64,000 nt of DNA from NCBI GenBank assembly GCA_964426385.1, contig CAYRQF010000001.1, forward strand, positions 21,712 to 85,711. The letters run 5' to 3'. Below, piece by piece: positions 37,388 through 45,239 of this stretch. The number at the start of each line of letters is the position of its first letter. The stretch's first letter is position 1. The notes beneath the pieces were generated by a model. It ran no database searches. It had not been told where the DNA came from and saw nothing but the letters and a program-made list of their open reading frames with translations. A program made the translations under genes and the position numbers. Source of the stretch: an uncultured Candidatus Saccharibacteria bacterium. GTDB lineage: Bacteria > Patescibacteriota > Minisyncoccia > Phycocordibacterales > CSBR16-119.

Positions 37388-37941
37388 TGATATACAACTT
37401 TTCCACTTTCAAGGACGCAATAGAAAAAACCCGCGAATGGCTCAGCCGGGAGTATTCGTCGATACATACAGGTCAGGCGAGTCCGAACGTTCTAGACGGT
37501 ATCAGTGTTGACTCTTATGGTACGAAACAACCACTTCGAAACGTCGCCTCTATATCTATCGAAGATCCGAAAACTCTCCGCGTCATTCCTTGGGATAAAC
37601 AGCAGGTCAAAGAGATCGAGAAGGAAATCCAGACTTCTGATCTCGGACTATCTGTTGCTGTCGATCAGACGGGACTTCGCGTGATTTTCCCGATGCTTAC
37701 GACCGAGAATCGCGAGAAGTTGGTCAAAGTTATCAAGTCTAAGCTCGAGGATGCGCGCGTCTCGATCAAAAAAGAGCGTGAGAATGTCGTTCGTGAGATA
37801 GACCGCATGGCTCGCGAGGGCGAGATGTCCGAGGACGAGAAAGAGAAGAGCAAGGCCGATCTCCAGACTTTGGTGAACAGTGGTAACGCCAAGCTCGAAG
37901 AAGTATTCAACGCCAAAGAAGCTATCGTAATGGGCAAATAA
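37387..37941 (+). CDS. frr: Ribosome recycling factor
   Basis: IHTGQASP, VDSYG, IPWDK and PMLTTENRE motifs. Confidence 0.95.
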   Translation: MIYNFSTFKDAIEKTREWLSREYSSIHTGQASPNVLDGISVDSYGTKQPLRNVASISIEDPKTLRVIPWDKQQVKEIEKEIQTSDLGLSVAVDQTGLRVIFPMLTTENREKLVKVIKSKLEDARVSIKKERENVVREIDRMAREGEMSEDEKEKSKADLQTLVNSGNAKLEEVFNAKEAIVMGK

Positions 37942-37944
37942 TCC

Positions 37945-39033
37945 GTGTCAGTAATTATATTCATCCTAATACTCGCCGTACTTATCGTCGTGCATGAGCT
38001 CGGGCATTTTTTTATGGCGAGGAAGGGAGGTATCAGAGTCGACGAGTTCGGTCTCGGTTATCCTCCGAAGGCGCGCACTCTATGGAGGAAGAACGGTACA
38101 GATTTTACTCTCAACTGGCTACCATTCGGCGGGTTTGTAAAAATATTCGGTGAGAATCCTGACGATGAGTCGGTAAACGGTGTCCACAAGAGCGTGGCAT
38201 TCGTGAACAAACCGAAATGGGTCCAAGCACTAGTTCTATTCGCCGGGCCGTTCATGAACTTTTTCTTTGCTTGGCTGATTATCTTGGTTACACTTTTTGT
38301 GGGACTACCGACGACGATAAGCCCGGACATGGACCAGAGGTTTGTTACAGACAACACTATTATAATCACGAACATCTCTCCAGATTCTCCCGCATCAATG
38401 GCGGGGCTCAAGCCAGGGGATACGGTGACTCAGATAACACTAAAGGACGTAGTTTATAACAACATTGACAGTGTGGAGCTCCGAGCACTCGTCCTAGCAA
38501 ATCCGGAAGAGACTTTTACGATTACGACCGATTCTCCAGAGAATAATATCTTGGCGATAAAACCAGCTGATGTGAACGGAGAGAAGCTTCTCGGTCTCGG
38601 GCTCAGTGAGTTCGGTATCTATAAGCCTAATTTTGGAACTGCTTTTGTTGAGAGTTTCAGATTCACAGGCGCTATGATCGCGAACATCACACTAACTTTG
38701 GTGAACCTTATAGGTGGTGCATTTACAGGTACGGCAGACGTCTCTAACCTAGCGGGTCCGATAGGTATCGTCGGTTTGGTGGGGGATGCGAGCGAGATGG
38801 GACTTGTTTACTTGATGACATTTACGGCACTCATATCTATAAACCTCGGCGTTATCAACCTTATACCATTCCCAGCGCTCGATGGTGGCAGACTACTGTT
38901 TCTACTTATCGAAAAGATAAAGGGAGGACGTATAAACTACAAAGTCGCCAACACTTTGAATTTCGTGGGCTTCTCTCTTCTCATAATCCTAATGCTTTTC
39001 ATTAGCTACAAGGATATAGTCAGGCTTTTCTAG
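37945..39033 (+). CDS. rseP: RIP metalloprotease RseP (M50 family, PDZ domain)
   Basis: HELGH, NWLPFGGFV and NLIPFPALDGGR motifs. Confidence 0.93.
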   Translation: MSVIIFILILAVLIVVHELGHFFMARKGGIRVDEFGLGYPPKARTLWRKNGTDFTLNWLPFGGFVKIFGENPDDESVNGVHKSVAFVNKPKWVQALVLFAGPFMNFFFAWLIILVTLFVGLPTTISPDMDQRFVTDNTIIITNISPDSPASMAGLKPGDTVTQITLKDVVYNNIDSVELRALVLANPEETFTITTDSPENNILAIKPADVNGEKLLGLGLSEFGIYKPNFGTAFVESFRFTGAMIANITLTLVNLIGGAFTGTADVSNLAGPIGIVGLVGDASEMGLVYLMTFTALISINLGVINLIPFPALDGGRLLFLLIEKIKGGRINYKVANTLNFVGFSLLIILMLFISYKDIVRLF

Positions 39034-39149
39034 TCCAAGTCAGGGTCTTGACAAGTTAGTTGACAGGTAATTGGTTTGATGATAGAATCAAAAACACAAA
39101 TTATATAAGAACTTTAGAAGCTTATTTATTAACAAATATAAAGCGATTT

Positions 39150-40178
39150 ATGGCGATTATTTCCTTCAGACCAAAACAAGTAAGTAAGAAGCTCCTGTCA
39201 TCACTAAAAGACAGATCTTTTGATGTCATAGCGAACCGTTATGGCCTAACTGACGATGCCGAGCGGAAGACCCTAGAAGCTATAGGCAAAAAGTACGGTA
39301 TTACCCGTGAGCGTGTTCGCCAGATCGAAAATACGGCGCTCAACACTATTCGTAAGTCAAAAGAGATGGATGAGCACAAAGCTGTTTTTGTAGAGCTCAA
39401 GGCACTACTACACTCTCTGGGTGCTGTCGTGTCCGAAGAAGAGTTCCTGGATCATGTCTCGAAGGACAAGTCTACACAGAACCATATCCACCTCGCCCTC
39501 GTTCTATCTGATGATTTCTATAAGGACAAAGAAGACGAGGATTTCCGATCTCGCTGGTCTATCGATCATGAGGTTGTCGACAGTGTCCATGAGGCGCTCG
39601 AGAAGCTCTACAGTTCTCTAGGAGATGATGAGCTCGTACCTGAGAGCAAGATGATAGAGAAATTCCTGTCACATGTAAAAAACCTTTCTGAAGAGCATCG
39701 TGATCAGGAGATCGCCAAGCGATGGCTCGGACTCTCAAAGAAGATCGCAAAGAACCCACTCAACGAATGGGGTCGCGCTGACTCGAAAAATGTTAAGACT
39801 CGCGGAGTCAAAGACTATACATTCCTCGTCATGCGACGCCACGGAGAGCCTATGCACTTCCGAGAAGTAGCCGAAGCCATCACAAAAACTTTTAACAGGA
39901 AAACTCTCGCCGCAACTACTCACAACGAACTTATCAAGGACCCACGTTTCGTTCTAGTGGGCCGAGGACGCTATGCTCTCAGAGATTGGGGATACAAGCC
40001 AGGAATAGTTCGTGAGGTTATCGCTGGCATTCTGAAGGAGCACGGACCGATGGGCAAGGACGATGTTGTGGATGCAGTGCTGAAGGAAAGATTCCTCAAG
40101 CGAAACACAATCCTAGTCAATCTCCACAACCCGAAATATTTCAAGAAGACAAAAGACGGAAAATACGATAACGCTTAA
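39150..40178 (+). CDS. Sigma70 region-4-like HTH plus HARE-HTH protein (CPR-conserved)
   Basis: RYGL...TLEAIGKKYGITRERVRQIE and PMHFREVAE...THNELIKDPRFVLVGRGRYAL. Confidence 0.75.
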   Translation: MAIISFRPKQVSKKLLSSLKDRSFDVIANRYGLTDDAERKTLEAIGKKYGITRERVRQIENTALNTIRKSKEMDEHKAVFVELKALLHSLGAVVSEEEFLDHVSKDKSTQNHIHLALVLSDDFYKDKEDEDFRSRWSIDHEVVDSVHEALEKLYSSLGDDELVPESKMIEKFLSHVKNLSEEHRDQEIAKRWLGLSKKIAKNPLNEWGRADSKNVKTRGVKDYTFLVMRRHGEPMHFREVAEAITKTFNRKTLAATTHNELIKDPRFVLVGRGRYALRDWGYKPGIVREVIAGILKEHGPMGKDDVVDAVLKERFLKRNTILVNLHNPKYFKKTKDGKYDNA

Positions 40179-40186
40179 TTAAAACT

Positions 40187-40221
40187 AAAGCAAAATCCCC
40201 GGAAAGGGGATTTTGCTTTTT
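40187..40221. terminator. Intrinsic terminator
   Basis: aaagcaaaatcccc-ggaaa-ggggattttgcttt. Confidence 0.8.
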
Positions 40222-40252
40222 GCAATGACACGAGAGGTGATAGAATTGTCTC

Positions 40253-41503
40253 ATGCCGGGATTTTTTGAACTATTCAATAGTCAATATATAAATTCACTC
40301 GATCAGACCATCAACATTATCCGATGGTTTGTTCCATTCGCACTGATTATTATCGGTTGGAAACTTTGGATCAAACATATAAACCTCGAATGGATCGCCA
40401 AACTTAAGTGGGTTATGCTCGAGGTCAAAGTCCCACGGGATATCTACAAGACTCCGATGGCCATGGAGATGGTCTTTGCTAACGCTTTTTTTCAGACCGG
40501 AGGTATCCCAACTCGCTACAAGAGATATTGGCTTGGACGCGTCCTACTATGGTTCTCTCTAGAGATAGTCTCGACTGAGGGCGAGATACATTTCTATATC
40601 AGAACGCCGGTTCAAATGCGTAATATTATCGAGAGTCAGATATACGCTCAGTATCCACAGGCAGAAGTTTTTGAAGTCGAAGACTATGCTATGAAAGTCC
40701 TCGCATCCATGCACGAAGAGGAGTGGGCTGTCTGGGGCTGTGAACAACGCAAGAAGAAAAATGGGGCATACCCCATAAAGACATATGTTGATTACAAGTT
40801 GGATAAGCCAACTACAAAGATAGAAGAAGAGGCTGGTCTCATAGATCCTATAACTGGAATTCTCGAGTGGATGGGTTCCATCGGCAAGGATGAGCATATA
40901 TGGTTTCAGATTATTATCCGCGGTAGCAAGAGAAGCTATCCTAAACCAGGCTCATTTTTTGGTGCACGTGAAGAATGGTCTGATAGAGCAAAACGTGAGA
41001 TTAAGAAAGTAAAAGAGAAGTTCGAGAGTCCAGGGGATGACGCCCTGGAAGCACTCGGTCAGAAACTCAAGATGACGAAACTCGAGCAGGAAACTATCAC
41101 AGCCATGGAGCGAGCACTCGATAAGCCCGCTTTCGATGTTGGGATGCGAACGATGTATTTGGCGAAGAAGTCTGCTTTTAAGGGCGAGCATATCCCAGGT
41201 CTAGTTGGCTTTCTTCGTCCATTCGGGTCAAATAACCTAAATGGTTTTAGAATTGGGGCAGAAACTGACTTTGATGACCCTTGGCAGGATATCACCGGAG
41301 ACCGTACGTGGCGCAGGAAGAGAGAGATGGTCAAGGAGTATGCCGAACGTCAATTCTTCTATCCTGATGCAAAAAGTTTCTTCACGCTTAATTCCGAAGA
41401 GCTCGCAACCATTTATCACTTCCCAGGACGTGTTTCTACCACACCTACATTCAAACGTATCGAGTCTAAAAAGTCCGATCCACCAGTGGATTTGCCGGTC
41501 TAG
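40253..41503 (+). CDS. CPR-conserved membrane-anchored protein resembling the N-terminal module of type IV coupling/VirB4-like ATPases
   Basis: N-terminal TM, FSLEIVSTEGEIHFYI...IESQIYAQYPQAEV and LNSEELATIYHFP; recognised from memory only. Confidence 0.55.
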   Translation: MPGFFELFNSQYINSLDQTINIIRWFVPFALIIIGWKLWIKHINLEWIAKLKWVMLEVKVPRDIYKTPMAMEMVFANAFFQTGGIPTRYKRYWLGRVLLWFSLEIVSTEGEIHFYIRTPVQMRNIIESQIYAQYPQAEVFEVEDYAMKVLASMHEEEWAVWGCEQRKKKNGAYPIKTYVDYKLDKPTTKIEEEAGLIDPITGILEWMGSIGKDEHIWFQIIIRGSKRSYPKPGSFFGAREEWSDRAKREIKKVKEKFESPGDDALEALGQKLKMTKLEQETITAMERALDKPAFDVGMRTMYLAKKSAFKGEHIPGLVGFLRPFGSNNLNGFRIGAETDFDDPWQDITGDRTWRRKREMVKEYAERQFFYPDAKSFFTLNSEELATIYHFPGRVSTTPTFKRIESKKSDPPVDLPV

Positions 41504-41530
41504 TGATATGGTAAGATGGTTCTTTAATAT

Positions 41531-42529
41531 ATGTACGAATTCCACGTTGAGCCGGGGATAGAACCCCGGTCAAAAACAAAGATTAATTGGTGGCGGACTA
41601 TAGCGTCGCTCATAGCTCTCGTTATACTTTTATCTTTCGCGTCGATGATATTCCCGCCGTCAGATTTCCCGTCTGATGTAGTGGTGACCATAGAAGACGG
41701 CTCATCACTCGGTTCTATCGCCGAGGATTTTGAGGATAGGGGTATCGTAAAATCTTCGGGCATCTTCAAATCTATGGTTGTTTTCTTTGGTGCGGACAAG
41801 AGTATCTCTACTGGGGATTATCTATTCAAGCGTCCTATCGGAGTATTTGAAGTTGCTCGCCGTGTTGCCACAGGAGATTTTGGAGTTGAGAAGATTGCCG
41901 TGACATTGCCAGAGGGTCTCACTATCAAAGAGATGACAGAGATATTGGAAGTAAAATTGCCAGAGTTCAATTCTGAGGAGTTTATGTTCCTCGTTCAGGA
42001 CAAAGAGGGCTTCATGTTCCCGGATACTTACTTGCTATTTGCCTCGACGAAAACATCCGATGTGGTAGATGTTATGAAGGAAACTTTCGACAAGAAGGTC
42101 GTAAAAGCTTTTGACAAAGAGTTAGAGAGAAGTGAGCGAACACTCGAGGAGATTATCACCATGGCCTCCATCATAGAAGATGAGGCTTCTGGCGGGTATG
42201 AGGAGAAACAGATGGTTTCTGGGATTCTATGGAAGCGACTAGATATGGGCATGCTACTCCAGGTAGATGCGACATTGCGCTATGTAAACGGCAAAGAGTC
42301 CAAAGACCTGACGCTAACTGATTTGGCCGCTGATCACGAGTACAATACATATGTCCACAAGGGCTTACCACCGACGCCGATCGGCAACCCTGGCGTCGAC
42401 GCGATTCGTGCCGCTCTCAATCCAAAAGATTCGATATACTATTTCTATCTGCATGACAATGACGGGGGGATACATTACGCCAAGACTTTTGAAGATCACA
42501 AGAAAAACATCGCTACATATCTACGATAA
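41531..42529 (+). CDS. mltG: Endolytic transglycosylase MltG
   Basis: EGFMFPDTY, MASIIEDE, LQVDAT and YNTY...GLPPTPIGNPG motifs. Confidence 0.95.
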   Translation: MYEFHVEPGIEPRSKTKINWWRTIASLIALVILLSFASMIFPPSDFPSDVVVTIEDGSSLGSIAEDFEDRGIVKSSGIFKSMVVFFGADKSISTGDYLFKRPIGVFEVARRVATGDFGVEKIAVTLPEGLTIKEMTEILEVKLPEFNSEEFMFLVQDKEGFMFPDTYLLFASTKTSDVVDVMKETFDKKVVKAFDKELERSERTLEEIITMASIIEDEASGGYEEKQMVSGILWKRLDMGMLLQVDATLRYVNGKESKDLTLTDLAADHEYNTYVHKGLPPTPIGNPGVDAIRAALNPKDSIYYFYLHDNDGGIHYAKTFEDHKKNIATYLR

Positions 42530-42532
42530 AAT

Positions 42533-43078
42533 ATGAAAAAGCATAACCTAGCATTCGTCGATATAGAGACTACTGGTCTCGACCCTGAAAAGCACGAGAT
42601 TATCGAGCTAGCTTTTGTGCTGGTCAAACAACTCGGTGACAAAGGTCAGGAGTTCGAAGTTATCGAGGAGATGGAATTCAAAATAAAACCTGAGCGTATC
42701 GAGGACGCTGACCCTCAGTCACTCAAGGTCAACGGCTACGAGCCGTCAGCTTGGATATTTGCCAATACTCTATCCGAGGCTATGAAGGTGTTCTCAGAGA
42801 AAACCAAGGATGCGATATTCGTCGCTCACAATCTCACGTTTGATTATTCGTTCATGGACAAAGCCTGGAAGAAGACAGGTGTACAAAACCAGATGTTTTA
42901 TCCGAAGATTGATACTATATCTATCGCCTATGCCAAACTTCACACGAATCCCAGGATAGATAAGTTTCGACTTCAGAAATTGTGTGAGTATTTCGGTATT
43001 GAGAATGCAAAAGCTCACTCAGCTCTCTCCGACACTAGGGCGCTGTTTGAGGTTTACAAGAAATTAATGAGCTTATAG
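42533..43078 (+). CDS. DEDDh 3'-5' exonuclease (DnaQ-like)
   Basis: FVDIETTGL, VAHNLTFD and AHSALSD motifs. Confidence 0.9.
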   Translation: MKKHNLAFVDIETTGLDPEKHEIIELAFVLVKQLGDKGQEFEVIEEMEFKIKPERIEDADPQSLKVNGYEPSAWIFANTLSEAMKVFSEKTKDAIFVAHNLTFDYSFMDKAWKKTGVQNQMFYPKIDTISIAYAKLHTNPRIDKFRLQKLCEYFGIENAKAHSALSDTRALFEVYKKLMSL

Positions 43079-43135
43079 CTTATTGCTTTTAGCTTCTAGG
43101 AATCGCTATAAGCTAGCCTCTAAAAGCTATAAGCT
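43070..43135. repeat. Inverted pair of 31-bp heptamer arrays (AGCTTAT-type) with no enclosed gene
   Basis: agcttatagcttattgcttttagcttctagg / gctataagctagcctctaaaagctataagct. Confidence 0.7.
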
Positions 43136-43180
43136 TCGAGATATTGGCTTTTTCTCAAAAAATAAATAAACTCTTTTAGT

Positions 43181-44221
43181 ATGCAGAAATCCCAGGGTAA
43201 AGTTTTCGTTGGCGTCTCAGGTGGAGTTGATAGCTCTGTTTCTTTGGCGTTACTCAAAGATGCGGGCTATGACGTCGTCGGATGCTTTATCCGGACATGG
43301 CAGCCTGATTTTATCGAGTGCACCTGGAAAGAAGAACGCCGTGATGCGATGCGTGTTTGTGCCAAACTTGGTGTGCCGTTCATTACTATCGACGCAGAGC
43401 AAGAATACAAAGAACTAGTAGGTGAGTATTTTATAAACGAGTACAGAATGGGACGTACACCGAACCCGGATGTTATGTGTAATCGTGAGATCAAGTTCGG
43501 CGTGTTCCTGCGATACGCTCTAGCGCACGGGGCAGACTATGTGGCGACAGGTCACTATGCCCGCACAAAAGACGCTAAGCTTCTGGCGGGTATAGATAAG
43601 TCCAAAGATCAGAGTTACTTCTTGTGGACCCTGACACCGGATCAGCTCAGTCATACATTGTTTCCGATAGGACATCTCGAGAAGACCGAGGTCAGGAAGC
43701 TTGCCGAAAAGTATGATCTGCCGACCGCTATGAAAAAAGACTCTCAAGGGGTGTGTTTTATGGGTCCGATCGATATGAAAGAATTCCTTGCACACTATAT
43801 AGAGAAGAAAAGGGGCGAGGTTTTAGATATTGATGGCAATGTTATCGGTTATCATGATGGCGCATTATTTTTCACACTTGGTGAACGTCATGGTTTTACT
43901 ATTACAAGTAAAGGCACGGATGATTCGCGTTTGTACGTTGTGGATAGAGACCTAGAAAAAAATACACTAACTGTTTCAACTAATGATATTAAATCTGAGA
44001 AGAGTAATAAAAGAATAATCCTAGAGAGTATTAACTGGATCGTTCCGCCGCTCGAGGGAAAAAAGTACGGCGCGCGAATCCGTTATCAGCAGGTTTTGCA
44101 AGATTGTTTTGTTGAGGGTCACACTGTAACCTTTGACATACCGCAGGACACCGCCACTTCTGGGCAGTCTATAGTCGTTTATGACGGTGACGTATGTCTC
44201 GGAGGAGCTATCATCGTTTAG
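43181..44221 (+). CDS. mnmA: tRNA-specific 2-thiouridylase
   Basis: SGGVDSS, TPNPDVMCN, ATGHYA, KDQSYFL and DSQGVCF motifs. Confidence 0.97.
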   Translation: MQKSQGKVFVGVSGGVDSSVSLALLKDAGYDVVGCFIRTWQPDFIECTWKEERRDAMRVCAKLGVPFITIDAEQEYKELVGEYFINEYRMGRTPNPDVMCNREIKFGVFLRYALAHGADYVATGHYARTKDAKLLAGIDKSKDQSYFLWTLTPDQLSHTLFPIGHLEKTEVRKLAEKYDLPTAMKKDSQGVCFMGPIDMKEFLAHYIEKKRGEVLDIDGNVIGYHDGALFFTLGERHGFTITSKGTDDSRLYVVDRDLEKNTLTVSTNDIKSEKSNKRIILESINWIVPPLEGKKYGARIRYQQVLQDCFVEGHTVTFDIPQDTATSGQSIVVYDGDVCLGGAIIV

Positions 44222-44276
44222 GTTTGATTGTAAGGATTAGATTCATTGTTTTTCTGCAAGTGGCGGTCCTTTACAT

Positions 44277-44305
44277 TTGACTTTTACTACAATATGTGTT
44301 AGGGT
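44277..44305 (+). promoter_or_regulatory. sigma70 promoter of cassette 44335
   Basis: TTGACT-N17-TAGGGT with an extended TG. Confidence 0.6.
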
Positions 44306-44334
44306 TTAGCAAACCTTAACATCCTACACATCAC

Positions 44335-44490
44335 ATGGCCAGGAAAAAGAAGCCGATTCTCACGCAACCGACCCGTGCAACCCAAGGCATCAAGGTCCGT
44401 CTTGATTCGCGGACGGTCATAACCCTTTCAAAGCTTGAAAACCTTGCTTTCTGGAAGGTGCGCTATCCGAACGCCGAGGTTATCGGCTGA
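44335..44490 (+). CDS. Small basic protein, 51 aa (absent from the ORF track)
   Basis: MARKKKPILTQPTRATQGIKVRLDSRTVITLSKLENLAFWKVRYPNAEVIG; follows a promoter and an A/C-rich leader. Confidence 0.7.
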   Translation: MARKKKPILTQPTRATQGIKVRLDSRTVITLSKLENLAFWKVRYPNAEVIG

Positions 44491-44525
44491 ACTCACACTC
44501 ACGCTCACTATAGATCGACAAGGAG

Positions 44526-44783
44526 ATGCCAAGACACGAAGAAACCAAGAAGAAGCACTTCTCATTCCTGAGCTCGCTCGCTGCTCCAGCTGCCGTGGTA
44601 CCAGAACAACAACCAAAGATCGGCCACATGGTCGTCAAAGGTGATAAGTTCGAGGTGACTACCGGTAACGCGAACAGATGGCTCAGAGAGCCAGGCGCCA
44701 GGATCATTGGTGTGTATGTGAAGGGTGAAGGGGGCCAGGTCGTGCTCAAAAAGCATGCAGAAGTCCTGGTCGAAGTACCTTAA
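44526..44783 (+). CDS. Hypothetical protein (85 aa)
   Basis: ORF downstream of the 51-aa gene, followed by terminator gccccac-gcga-gtggggc-tttgtcgttttt. Confidence 0.6.
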   Translation: MPRHEETKKKHFSFLSSLAAPAAVVPEQQPKIGHMVVKGDKFEVTTGNANRWLREPGARIIGVYVKGEGGQVVLKKHAEVLVEVP

Positions 44784-44876
44784 TGAAGCACCCCGTCCTA
44801 ACAGACGACGGCCCCACGCGAGTGGGGCTTTGTCGTTTTTAAGATCTGTATTAAAATATTTTAAACAAGTAACATC

Positions 44877-45170
44877 ATGCAACTAGAAATGTTTTCACAA
44901 CCAGGTGGATCAAAAAAGGAGAAAGTCCCCGTAGAACTTTCTCCTGCGGACAGAGAAAAGCGTGCGCTAGCTGAGAATCTTCCCGTCAAAGTGAAGTTCA
45001 GGAGGAAAGATGGTGACAACGCTGAGACAACCATGACTCTTCGTCCTGAAAGACAGCAATCTCTCGAGGAGAAGATTAAGTGGTGGCGTGGAATGCATCC
45101 TGATCTTTGGGTTAGTGAGATTATTGAGTCGCGTAAGGATGATCGCGATCCAACCTCTCTTGCTGCATAA
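44877..45170 (+). CDS. Hypothetical protein (97 aa)
   Basis: Charged ORF with its own -10 (TAAAAT 44852) and terminator cccc-ttcg-gggg-gctttgtcgtttt. Confidence 0.6.
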   Translation: MQLEMFSQPGGSKKEKVPVELSPADREKRALAENLPVKVKFRRKDGDNAETTMTLRPERQQSLEEKIKWWRGMHPDLWVSEIIESRKDDRDPTSLAA

Positions 45171-45239
45171 TTATTGAGCACAAGGACACCCCCCTTCGGG
45201 GGCTTTGTCGTTTTGGGTGTCTAATATATACTTTTCCTT

